Part shown: one piece after another, positions 38,253 to 46,510 of the stretch
Numbering within the stretch: position 1 is the stretch's first letter
How the letters are laid out: the number at the start of each line of letters is the position of its first letter
Assembly (NCBI GenBank): GCA_964550425.1
Contig: CAZJZB010000003.1
Span: 6-64,005 of the forward strand
Direction of reading: 5' to 3'
From: an uncultured Candidatus Saccharibacteria bacterium
GTDB lineage: Bacteria > Patescibacteriota > Minisyncoccia > Phycocordibacterales > Phycocordibacteraceae
DNA: 64,000 nucleotides
Position numbers and translations under genes: made by a program
The notes under the pieces: model-generated
Told to the model about the DNA's origin: nothing
Seen by the model: the letters and a program-made list of their open reading frames with translations, nothing else
Database searches by the model: none

Positions 38253-38324
38253 GCCCCTTTAGTTCAATGGATAGAACGGCTCACTCCTAACGAGCTGATT
38301 CAGGTTCGACTCCTGAGAGGGGCA
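38253..38324 (+). tRNA. tRNA-Arg (anticodon CCT)
   Basis: Manual cloverleaf: acceptor gcccctt/gaggggc, D-stem gttc/gaac, anticodon loop ctcctaa (A31-C39 mismatch), T-loop ttcgact. Confidence 0.7.
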
Positions 38325-38474
38325 CAAAAAGTGCGAAGCAATTTTTGTGCCCCTAGCACGCCTGGGAGGCGTGCGTCCAGGAGTCGAAAACCTTGCGAGT
38401 ATACTGAGGAGCTTTGTGACGAATGTATCCGCAAGGTGTACTGACCCTGTAAGGGTCGACAAGCGTACTCGCGG

Positions 38475-38545
38475 TCCTGAGAGGGGCACTACTTCGCTCC
38501 GTTCGGAAACGGAGCTACGAAGTGCAAGCACCAAATGTGTTAGAA
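38475..38545 (+). repeat. 14-nt direct duplicate of the tRNA-Arg 3' end (tcctgagaggggca) followed by tRNA-trailer hairpin element copy 2
   Basis: 38475-38488 is identical to 38311-38324. Then ctacttcgctcCGTTcggaAACGgagctacgaagtgcaagcaccaaatgtgtta, which differs from copy 1 by compensatory stem changes. Confidence 0.7.
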
Positions 38546-38555
38546 TAGAAGCCAT

Positions 38556-38837
38556 ATGGACCCAGAACTGAAACGTGAGCTTGAAGAGATACACGCGCTT
38601 GCGAAGGATAATCATCATATGCTGCGCGCCATTCGGCGCCACCAATGGTACGGTTTCGTGGGAAAAATCATTATCTGGATCGTCGTACTCGCCTTGCCGC
38701 TCTATTTCTATCAGCAGTATCTGGAGCCGCTCGTCTCTCAATTCTCTGCGATTCCTGGAGCAACTACCTCTGGCGTCTTCGGTATTCCGACTACTGCCGA
38801 ACTGCAGAAATTACTGAGTTCATTTCAGGGGAAATAA
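38556..38837 (+). CDS. hypothetical small membrane protein
   Basis: One TM helix (IIIWIVVLALPLYFY); TGTTAGAAT extended -10 lies 9 nt upstream. Confidence 0.4.
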   Translation: MDPELKRELEEIHALAKDNHHMLRAIRRHQWYGFVGKIIIWIVVLALPLYFYQQYLEPLVSQFSAIPGATTSGVFGIPTTAELQKLLSSFQGK

Positions 38838-38894
38838 TTTTACTATCCACAAGGGTCGGTCAGTGATTCGTACCAGTGAGATTATAATGTATGT

Positions 38895-39593
38895 ATGAAT
38901 GCGGTACGATCTCGCGCGTTGCGTCTACGTCTCTTTGGAAAGAGTTATAAGGAGATTTCCATGGAGCTCGACGTACCGAAATCGACGCTCTCAGGATGGT
39001 TCAAACATATCGTGTTGTCAGATAAGGCGCGCATCCGTCTCGCGTTGAGGACTCGTCTCGGCAGTGCAACGCTGATAAAGCGCAATAAGATGCAGACGCA
39101 CGAAGCAGAGCAACGTGCGCGTAAGTTGCGCGCATCTGCGAAGGGAAGGGTTCCCATTCTAACCAAGCGCGACATGCTTATAATCGGTACGACCTTGTAT
39201 TGGGCAGAAGGGTATAAACGCCTTCACATTCGAGACGGGAAAGAACGGATGAGTCATTCGATCAGTTTTGTGAATTCAGATCCCGCCATGATAAAAGCGT
39301 TTTTGCGTTTCTTGTTCGAAGTGCTTGCTATCCCTCGTGACGCGATACATCTAACCATGCGTCTCCATCCGCATATCAACGAAGAGCATGCGCGTATATA
39401 TTGGATGAATGTCACAAAACTGCCTCCCACCTGTTTTCAACGGACAACCAACATGGTGAGCATAGCGAGCAAAGGGAAGCGTCCTTACAATCGTTTGCCG
39501 AACGGTACGCTTCAAGTTGCGGTGTACGATACGGCAAAATTCCACTACCTTTTAGGTCTTATAGAAGGCGTACAAACAAGGTTCCAAGTATGA
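38895..39593 (+). CDS. HTH-domain protein with possible LAGLIDADG-like homing-endonuclease fold
   Basis: N-terminal LFGKSYKEISMELDVPKSTLSGWFK (HTH), then IIGTTLYWAEGYK … SFVNSDPAMIKAFLRFL, reminiscent of LAGLIDADG-type modules. The endonuclease assignment is tentative. Confidence 0.35.
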   Translation: MNAVRSRALRLRLFGKSYKEISMELDVPKSTLSGWFKHIVLSDKARIRLALRTRLGSATLIKRNKMQTHEAEQRARKLRASAKGRVPILTKRDMLIIGTTLYWAEGYKRLHIRDGKERMSHSISFVNSDPAMIKAFLRFLFEVLAIPRDAIHLTMRLHPHINEEHARIYWMNVTKLPPTCFQRTTNMVSIASKGKRPYNRLPNGTLQVAVYDTAKFHYLLGLIEGVQTRFQV

Positions 39594-39609
39594 TATATTT
39601 CTGCGTATT

Positions 39610-39686
39610 GCCTGGGTAGCTCAGTTGGTTAGAGCGCTTCGCTGAAGACGAAGAGGTCCCCGGCTCGATTCCGGGCCCAGGCACCA
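39610..39686 (+). tRNA. tRNA-Phe (anticodon GAA), CCA encoded
   Basis: Manual cloverleaf: acceptor gcctggg/cccaggc, anticodon loop ctgaaga, T-loop ctcgatt, 3' acca. Confidence 0.85.
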
Positions 39687-39688
39687 AC

Positions 39689-40780
39689 ATGTCGCAGAAG
39701 ATCTTTCTCTGGATGCACACCCATGAACGGCACCTTTCGGCGTTGGCGATGATCGCCGGCTTTATCGCCGATGGTTTTTTCTTTGAGCGTATCGATCTCT
39801 GGCAGACGCATGTGATATTTACTGCTTACACTACCGTTTGTTTTATCGCAATTCCGCTCCTCCATTGGTTCGAGATGCGCGCGGAGCGCGGTCAACCTTT
39901 CCTGCGCTGGCGCCTGATTCTTCCGGTCATTATCCAGTTCGCGCTTGGCGGATTCTGGAGCGGCTTTATTATTTTCTATGGACACTCGGCGAATCTCGGC
40001 GCCCCATGGCCATTTCTTCTTTTCCTCCTCCTTGTGCTTCTTGGCAACGAATATTTCAGCCGCTATCATTCTCGACTCGTGTTCACGAGTGTACTCTTCT
40101 TTTTCGCACTCTACTCGTACGCGATCTTTGCCGTACCGATTGCGACCGGCTCTATAGGGACGCAGGCATTTCTCGCGAGCGGCGCACTCGCGATTGGCGT
40201 CTTTGCGCTGTTTACCATCCTTTTGCGCGTACTTGCGCGCGAGCGTTTCCTCAATGATGTCTGGCGTATCCGCGCTGGAGCACTTCTCGTACTCGCGGGC
40301 ATCAATATATTTTATTTCACCAATGTATTGCCGCCCCTGCCGCTCTCGGCTGAGGCCGCGGGCATATATCATTCAGTGGGGCGCGTTCCGGACGCATACT
40401 TCGCGATACGCGAAACCGGACAATCGTGGCGAGTACGGTATTTTGGTTTCCCGACTATCCTGCACGTCGTCCCGGGCGAGTCGGTCTTTGCCTACAGTTC
40501 CGTTTTTGCGCCGACGACGCTTACGACAACTATCGTGCATCGCTGGCAGTGGTACGACCCAGCGCAGAAAATGTGGATAACGAAAGCGATTATCGCCTAT
40601 CCGATTTTCGGCGGGCGCGATGGCGGATACCGCGGCTATTCAACAATACGCATAAGTGAAATCGGAGAATGGCGGGTCAATGTAGAAACGAACGATGGTC
40701 GCCGCATCGCGCGCATGCCCTTTATGGTGGAACGAGTAACATCTCCACCGCCCCAAGAAATAATAATTCTCAAAAAATGA
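39689..40780 (+). CDS. hypothetical integral membrane protein (about 7 TM plus a C-terminal soluble domain)
   Basis: Hydrophobicity pattern; no family motif recognized; starts 3 nt after tRNA-Phe. Confidence 0.55.
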   Translation: MSQKIFLWMHTHERHLSALAMIAGFIADGFFFERIDLWQTHVIFTAYTTVCFIAIPLLHWFEMRAERGQPFLRWRLILPVIIQFALGGFWSGFIIFYGHSANLGAPWPFLLFLLLVLLGNEYFSRYHSRLVFTSVLFFFALYSYAIFAVPIATGSIGTQAFLASGALAIGVFALFTILLRVLARERFLNDVWRIRAGALLVLAGINIFYFTNVLPPLPLSAEAAGIYHSVGRVPDAYFAIRETGQSWRVRYFGFPTILHVVPGESVFAYSSVFAPTTLTTTIVHRWQWYDPAQKMWITKAIIAYPIFGGRDGGYRGYSTIRISEIGEWRVNVETNDGRRIARMPFMVERVTSPPPQEIIILKK

Positions 40781-40784
40781 TTTT

Positions 40785-41291
40785 TTAACCCACTTTCACG
40801 CGCAGTTTTGTTTGTTTTGCTTTATCAAGACGCGGAAGAATGATGGTGAGAAGGCCGTCCTTGGCGCTTGCAGACGATGCCTCAACATCAACTTCTTGCG
40901 GGAGCATAATCGTGCGTGAGAATGAGCCCCAGAAGAGTTCGCGAGTGAAATAGTCGGGTCCGGCAGTTTGTTCGCGCTCCATGCGCGAGCCGGAAATCTC
41001 AACCATATCGCGGCTTATGGAAATATTGAGCTCGTCGGGGCGCACACCCGCGACGAAGGCGCGAATGACGATATCGCTTGCGGTCTGGTGTACATCCACA
41101 GGGAGCTGTCCTTCGCTTGCGGGAGCATCATCATTGAGCGGTGCCGGACGAGTAGCCGCCACGCTTGCTTGAGAGAGCGGCTTCTCGCGCGCGGATGTTG
41201 TCACCGGTAATTCTTCATCGAACGCATCGAATGTGTCGCCGTGGGAAGAATTTCCGGAAAGACGTTCGAAAAATGAGCGCTTCATATTCAT
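40785..41291 (-). CDS. Hsp20/alpha-crystallin family small heat-shock protein
   Basis: ACD-domain pattern with GLLTIILPRL near the C-terminus. Confidence 0.8.
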   Translation of the reverse strand: MNMKRSFFERLSGNSSHGDTFDAFDEELPVTTSAREKPLSQASVAATRPAPLNDDAPASEGQLPVDVHQTASDIVIRAFVAGVRPDELNISISRDMVEISGSRMEREQTAGPDYFTRELFWGSFSRTIMLPQEVDVEASSASAKDGLLTIILPRLDKAKQTKLRVKVG

Positions 41292-41293
41292 TG

Positions 41294-42007
41294 TTAATAA
41301 GTTTGTTTGGTAGGGAAGTTGCGGTACCGAAAATATTTGAGCACTTCAAACGCTGCAAAGAAGATGAGAACGACTGTCCACACCAGGAAGAACGCTGTAG
41401 GCGCAATCGAAGCGTCTTGATTCATAATAATCATATTAAACGCAGTGTGCAATGCGATGGCGAGGATAAGTCCAGTCGCTGCCGCAGTCACGCGCATTCC
41501 GGGGCGGCTCGCGGCTGAGAAAGCAAGCGCGAATCCAATTGTCGCGGAAGCAATAACGTGAAGCAGGGTGGAGCCGAGGAAGCGCACATCACCGGTAAAA
41601 AGACCGACGGCTACATGCCCATCCGAAAGAGGAGCAAAGAGGAAGAGCATATTTTCTGCCGAGGCGAAACCAAGCGCCACGGTAATCATATAGATGACAT
41701 AATCGGGCGTTTCATCCACCGCATTGCGCCAGAGGATGAAGACGGCAGCCATGACGTATTTGAGGAATTCCTCGATGAGCGCCCACGCGGTTAAGAACGA
41801 TATATTGTCTACCAGATGCATCTTCGCATAGTGTTCAAGAGGAAGAGCGAGTGGTACTGCCGCCATGCCCGCGACGAAGGCAAGCGCTATGAGTGTGCGC
41901 GGTTCCGGACAGCGCGCATCCTCCTTTAAAAGGAAATAGAGCCAGATGAAAGACGGCAGAAGTCCGCCGAGGAATGCGTAGCCGAGCGTCGTAAGGGTCA
42001 CCTTCAT
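41294..42007 (-). CDS. PrsW-family intramembrane metalloprotease
   Basis: EEFLKY (EExxK), FASAEN (FxxxE) and HTAFN (HxxxN) motifs in a polytopic membrane protein. Confidence 0.7.
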   Translation of the reverse strand: MKVTLTTLGYAFLGGLLPSFIWLYFLLKEDARCPEPRTLIALAFVAGMAAVPLALPLEHYAKMHLVDNISFLTAWALIEEFLKYVMAAVFILWRNAVDETPDYVIYMITVALGFASAENMLFLFAPLSDGHVAVGLFTGDVRFLGSTLLHVIASATIGFALAFSAASRPGMRVTAAATGLILAIALHTAFNMIIMNQDASIAPTAFFLVWTVVLIFFAAFEVLKYFRYRNFPTKQTY

Positions 42008-42115
42008 ACTATAACAGGCCTTTCGCCGGAAAATAGAAAAAGGGAGCGCACCACAAGAGTACTTCCATTTTCCTAAACCCGAGTACGGGTAAGGAAAATT
42101 GGTCGCTCCGGGCCG

Positions 42116-44338
42116 CTAGGCCAAGTCTAACTGCCCGAAAATCTCCGCCGCTTCAGGCCAGCGAGCGACCATGAGGAATTCGGCGTCTTTGGTAGGCATA
42201 GATTGCCAGATTTCCTCGGTGACAAATGGCATGAAGGGGTGGAGGAGTCGCAATGTGCGGTCGAGGAGCATGAGGAGAAGCCGCGCGCGCGAAGCGCGCG
42301 CGGAAGCATCGGCGCTGGCGAGAATCGGTTTTGATTCTTCGATTATCTTGTCCGCGAGTTCATGCCATGCATAGTGATAGATTTTTTCCGCCGCCATATA
42401 GATTCGGAATTCTTCAATATCAAGCGTGACTTCTTGAGTCAGTGTTTCGTATTGTTTAATTAGCTCGCGCTCGCGTGCAGAAAAATGGGCACGCTCCGGG
42501 GCGCTAGCCCAAGTCCTATCCCCATTTTTCTGCCCGTTCGCGCTCGCCCCGGCATTTTCGAGAATGAAGCGCGCTATGTTCCAGAGTTTATTTGCGAAAT
42601 GTTTATAGCCCTTCACTTTATCTTCACTGATACGCATATCGGTGCCGGGTGTGTTCCCGACGACGAGCGCCATCCTTGCAGCATCCGCGCCGAACTTCTT
42701 CGCGATATCAAGCGGGTCGAGATTGTTACCGAGCGATTTCGACATTTTGCGTCCCTGCGCATCGCGAACAAGGCCGTGCAGGTACACTGTTTTGAAAGGT
42801 ATCGTACCGAGCACAAATTCAGTCATCAGTATCATGCGCGCGACCCAGAAAAAGAGGATATCGTATCCGGTCTCGAGAAGATCGGTCGGGTGATAGGTTT
42901 GGAAATCAGGGGTTGCTTCCGGCCACCCAAGAGTTGAAAAGGTCCAGAGGCCGGAGGAGAACCACGTATCAAGGGAGTCCTCATCCTGTGTCCACCCCTC
43001 TTCGGCGGGAGCGACGCCGACTACAATTTCCTCGCCCTTGTACCAGACCGGAATGCGATGACCGTACCAGATTTGCCGGCTGATGCACCAGTCGCGGAGG
43101 TTTTCTATCCAGTGAAAATAGGTTTTTTCGAAATATTCAGGAACGATTTTAATCATTCCAGAGCGCACGGGCTCAAGCATCAATTCTTTCAGGGTTTTTC
43201 CGCGACCGGGAACTTCTTTATTCACCTCGATGAACCACTGCAACTTCGGCAAGGGTTCAATGATGCCGCCGGTGCGCTCGGCGGTCGCGACGTTTTGTTG
43301 AACATCTTCTTCCTTTTCGAGCAGTTCTTCGCTCTTGAGCCACTCCACGACCGTCTCGCGCGCCTCGCTGGTTTTCTTCCCCTCAAGACGACCTGCGACC
43401 GTCATCTTTGCATGTTCGTTTATGACGATGGTTTCGTGCGAGAGTTCGTGTCGGTCGGCAATGTCCCAGTCGGTCTGGCTGTGTGCTGGCGTGAGACCGA
43501 CTGCGCCCGTACCGAAGGCCGGATCAACCTCTTTGTCGGCGACAACTTTTATATGAATCGGCACATCGCAGAAAGTCGCATCGTACTCTTTGCCGACGAA
43601 TGCACGGTACCGCGCGTCATCCGGATGCACGGCGACGGCGACATCGCCCACTTTGGTCTCGGGGCGTGTTGTCGCGATAGGAATAGGGAAGTCCTTTGAG
43701 TAGCGGAACGTGTAGAGTTTCGCGGGGCGCTCCTCGTACACTATCTCGTCGTCCGAAATGGTGGTCTGCCCTTTAGGATCCCAATTCACGATGCGCAAGC
43801 CGCGATAGATGAGTCCGGCATCGTACATACGTTTGAATATCGTGCGCACCGCGCGGCTGCGCGTTTCATCGAGCGTGAACGCTTCGCGCGACCAATCGAG
43901 CGAAGCGCCCATCGTTTTGAGCTGATTCACAATGGTGTCATGGCTCTCCGCTGCAAATGTCTCAATGCGCTTGAGCAATTCTTCGCGCCCGAGGTCGTGA
44001 CGATTTTTACCCTCATCCTTCTTTATCTGCTTTTCCACGATCGACTGTGTCGCAATTGCGGCATGATCGGTTCCGGGCATCCAGAGCGTGCGGAAACCGC
44101 GCATTCGCTTGTAGCGGATGAAGACATCTTCTATTGCGAGCATGAGCGCGTGGCCCATATGAAGCCGTCCGGTAACGTTTGGCGGCGGGAGCACGATGGC
44201 ATACGTCGGCGCGTCCGCTTTGGCGACGTCTTGCTTCACGCACTCGTCCGGATCGAACAACCCGCTTTTTTCCCATGCCGCATATACCCGCGGCTCGGTT
44301 GTGGCAGGGTCGTACGGGCTAAGGAATTTCTCAGGCAT
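42116..44338 (-). CDS. valS: valine--tRNA ligase (short, ~740 aa)
   Basis: HMGHAL (HIGH-type) and KMSKSLGN motifs; ValRS-type editing and anticodon-binding regions; lacks the long C-terminal coiled coil. Confidence 0.9.
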   Translation of the reverse strand: MPEKFLSPYDPATTEPRVYAAWEKSGLFDPDECVKQDVAKADAPTYAIVLPPPNVTGRLHMGHALMLAIEDVFIRYKRMRGFRTLWMPGTDHAAIATQSIVEKQIKKDEGKNRHDLGREELLKRIETFAAESHDTIVNQLKTMGASLDWSREAFTLDETRSRAVRTIFKRMYDAGLIYRGLRIVNWDPKGQTTISDDEIVYEERPAKLYTFRYSKDFPIPIATTRPETKVGDVAVAVHPDDARYRAFVGKEYDATFCDVPIHIKVVADKEVDPAFGTGAVGLTPAHSQTDWDIADRHELSHETIVINEHAKMTVAGRLEGKKTSEARETVVEWLKSEELLEKEEDVQQNVATAERTGGIIEPLPKLQWFIEVNKEVPGRGKTLKELMLEPVRSGMIKIVPEYFEKTYFHWIENLRDWCISRQIWYGHRIPVWYKGEEIVVGVAPAEEGWTQDEDSLDTWFSSGLWTFSTLGWPEATPDFQTYHPTDLLETGYDILFFWVARMILMTEFVLGTIPFKTVYLHGLVRDAQGRKMSKSLGNNLDPLDIAKKFGADAARMALVVGNTPGTDMRISEDKVKGYKHFANKLWNIARFILENAGASANGQKNGDRTWASAPERAHFSARERELIKQYETLTQEVTLDIEEFRIYMAAEKIYHYAWHELADKIIEESKPILASADASARASRARLLLMLLDRTLRLLHPFMPFVTEEIWQSMPTKDAEFLMVARWPEAAEIFGQLDLA

Positions 44339-44367
44339 CGTTTACAAAATATAGCAAATATGCCACA

Positions 44368-45585
44368 TTACGCGAGGTGCGCATTGCCGTTCGCTTTGAT
44401 ATCGGTTGCGAACTCTTTGCGCCTCGCGCGATAGAACCCAGCGAGCGCTATCATGACGGCGTTGTCAGCGGTAAGTGCCGGGGAGGGGATGCGAAGCATC
44501 ACTTCCGGATATTCGTTCTTTATTTCTTTCGTAAAAATGCGGCGAATATGAGTGTTTGCTGAGACGCCTCCACCAAGGACAAGAGTCCGCGCTTGCGTTT
44601 GCTCGAGCGCGCGCGACGTTTTCTTCCACAGTACGTCAGTGACAGCGTTTTCAAATTCATGCGCAACATGCCGACTGAACATGTCCTTATCGGCATCCGA
44701 CCGGTCACTCATAAGGACATCTTGTTTTTTCAATAAATACAGCACCGCTGTTTTCAATCCTGCAAATGAGAAATCGCACGTTGCATCGTTCATCATCGGC
44801 CGCGGCAATGCGAATGTGGACATCGGATGTCCTAGTTTCTGAATGTGGACATCGGATGTCCTAACTTGTTCGGCGAGACGCGATATCTCGGGCCCGCCGG
44901 GATAGGGTAGACCGAGCATCCGCGCAACCTTATCAAAGGCCTCGCCGACGGCATCGTCGCGCGTCTCTCCGATGAGTCCATATTCAAACCATTTTTTCAT
45001 TACCACCAGCTCGGTATGCCCTCCTGAGATGAGAAGCGCGAGCACCGGCATCCGAACATTGTCAATAATGAGCGTATCACCATCGCTTGTGGCGAGCGCG
45101 GAAAGTATATGCCCCTCCATATGGTTGACGGCAATAAGGGGTTTGTTCCAGATGAGCGCAAGCGCCTTGGCGAAATTGATACCGACCCAAAGAGCCGGTT
45201 CAAGTCCGGGACCCGCCGTGACGGCTATCACATCTATTTCCGGCGGTTCGCATTCGGAAATGAAATCAAAGAATGCTTCGGCCAATCCCGATTCACGCGC
45301 CAACATTTCAGAAATGTTGGCCCGCATTTCCTCCGGTAGTACCTGTCTGTCTTCGTGCAAAAGTTCCGCCTCTTCAAGCGCTGCTTCTAGAATAGGCACG
45401 AGATTCTTCGCGTGTTCACGTTTTGCAAGCATGGGAAAAACACCTCCATATTCTTTGTGTATTTCAACTTGCGAGAGCAGTGCGTTCCCGAGCACGGTAA
45501 ACTCGGCGCGTTCCTCATCGCCAGTACATTCGAGTATGGCGATAGCCGTCTCGTCACAGGATGTTTCAATTCCCAAGATTTTCAT
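44368..45585 (-). CDS. tsaD: tRNA N6-adenosine threonylcarbamoyltransferase
   Basis: MKILGIETSCDETAIAILE and Kae1/TsaD family signature. Start trimmed to MKILGIE. Confidence 0.85.
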   Translation of the reverse strand: MKILGIETSCDETAIAILECTGDEERAEFTVLGNALLSQVEIHKEYGGVFPMLAKREHAKNLVPILEAALEEAELLHEDRQVLPEEMRANISEMLARESGLAEAFFDFISECEPPEIDVIAVTAGPGLEPALWVGINFAKALALIWNKPLIAVNHMEGHILSALATSDGDTLIIDNVRMPVLALLISGGHTELVVMKKWFEYGLIGETRDDAVGEAFDKVARMLGLPYPGGPEISRLAEQVRTSDVHIQKLGHPMSTFALPRPMMNDATCDFSFAGLKTAVLYLLKKQDVLMSDRSDADKDMFSRHVAHEFENAVTDVLWKKTSRALEQTQARTLVLGGGVSANTHIRRIFTKEIKNEYPEVMLRIPSPALTADNAVMIALAGFYRARRKEFATDIKANGNAHLA

Positions 45586-45611
45586 GTGATTGCCGCTTTG
45601 GCTAGCGGCAA

Positions 45612-46493
45612 TCATGCCGCGCCCGGAACGGGCGATACCGGCATATTTTCCTTTAATACAATCCAAGGAAGCGGGTCACCCCACTTAATCCGGAATGCCG
45701 AAGCGCGAGGATGTCCATTGCCGCCGTATTTCCGCGCAATAGCTGATACATCAATGGTCTCATCGCTTCTGAGGGAGACGTTCAAGACATCCCCGTGCAG
45801 GTTCACTATCATGCCCAAGGGAGGTTTCAAATGCACGAGCCGGTTTCCCACATCCGAAGCGAACATATCCACGGCGCTCGCGAGATAGCATTCAAATCCT
45901 TCAAACGAGATGAGCGCCGCCTTGTTGGCGATTTGTTCCACGAGTATCGCGAAATGTTCCGCGTATATTTTTCCGCGTTCTATGAGCGCCGCGCGTTCCA
46001 TATCATTCTCAAGTTTGGCGGAAAGGGCGTCCCACGTATCAAAATGGAAGGGTTGTGCATACATATACGAGATTATCGCGCGAGAATCAGGCAGTTTAAA
46101 GACATACAAATCGACGTCCTCTACATATTTTAATAATTTTGGAACGGGAACGTTGGGGTGAAAGTAACTCCACGCGATAGTCGCTCCCGAGCGTTTCTCG
46201 TCAAAAACATATTCCGGCATGCTTTCTACGACGTCTCTATTGCCGAGGTGGTGGTCAAGTACTGTCACGGATGCCGCCTCCTTGATAAGAGCGTCCACGA
46301 TCTCTTTTTGATAGCAGAAATCAGCGAAGTATAATTTCCTGCCCGCAAGACCCTCGGGAGCCGGTCGGCCGTGTTTGACTGGTATATATTCCGCCGTGTC
46401 GCCGAATTTTTTCCATGCAGCGTAGGCACTGCCGAAGCCGTCTGGGCAACCGCCATGGTACAAAATCACTATGTTTTTATGATGGGAGTGCAT
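45612..46493 (-). CDS. DHH-family phosphoesterase (NrnA-like nanoRNase/pAp phosphatase)
   Basis: DHH motif (VLDHHLG) and DHHA1 GGGH motif (GGNGHPRASAF). Confidence 0.7.
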   Translation of the reverse strand: MHSHHKNIVILYHGGCPDGFGSAYAAWKKFGDTAEYIPVKHGRPAPEGLAGRKLYFADFCYQKEIVDALIKEAASVTVLDHHLGNRDVVESMPEYVFDEKRSGATIAWSYFHPNVPVPKLLKYVEDVDLYVFKLPDSRAIISYMYAQPFHFDTWDALSAKLENDMERAALIERGKIYAEHFAILVEQIANKAALISFEGFECYLASAVDMFASDVGNRLVHLKPPLGMIVNLHGDVLNVSLRSDETIDVSAIARKYGGNGHPRASAFRIKWGDPLPWIVLKENMPVSPVPGAA

Positions 46494-46510
46494 TGTTCCT
46501 AGTGTACTGC

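Noticed and set aside
38253-38324. Alternative readings of the tRNA at 38253 (other anticodon registers, intron-containing tRNA)
   Set aside because: Only the CCT register gives a 7-nt anticodon loop with U33/A37 and consistent D- and T-arms. The downstream 150 nt is 3' of the complete tRNA, not inside the anticodon loop.
42066-42103. Hairpin ccattttcctaaacccgagtacgggtaaggaaaattgg downstream of valS as a novel element
   Set aside because: Consistent with an ordinary valS terminator (T-rich tract follows on the minus strand).
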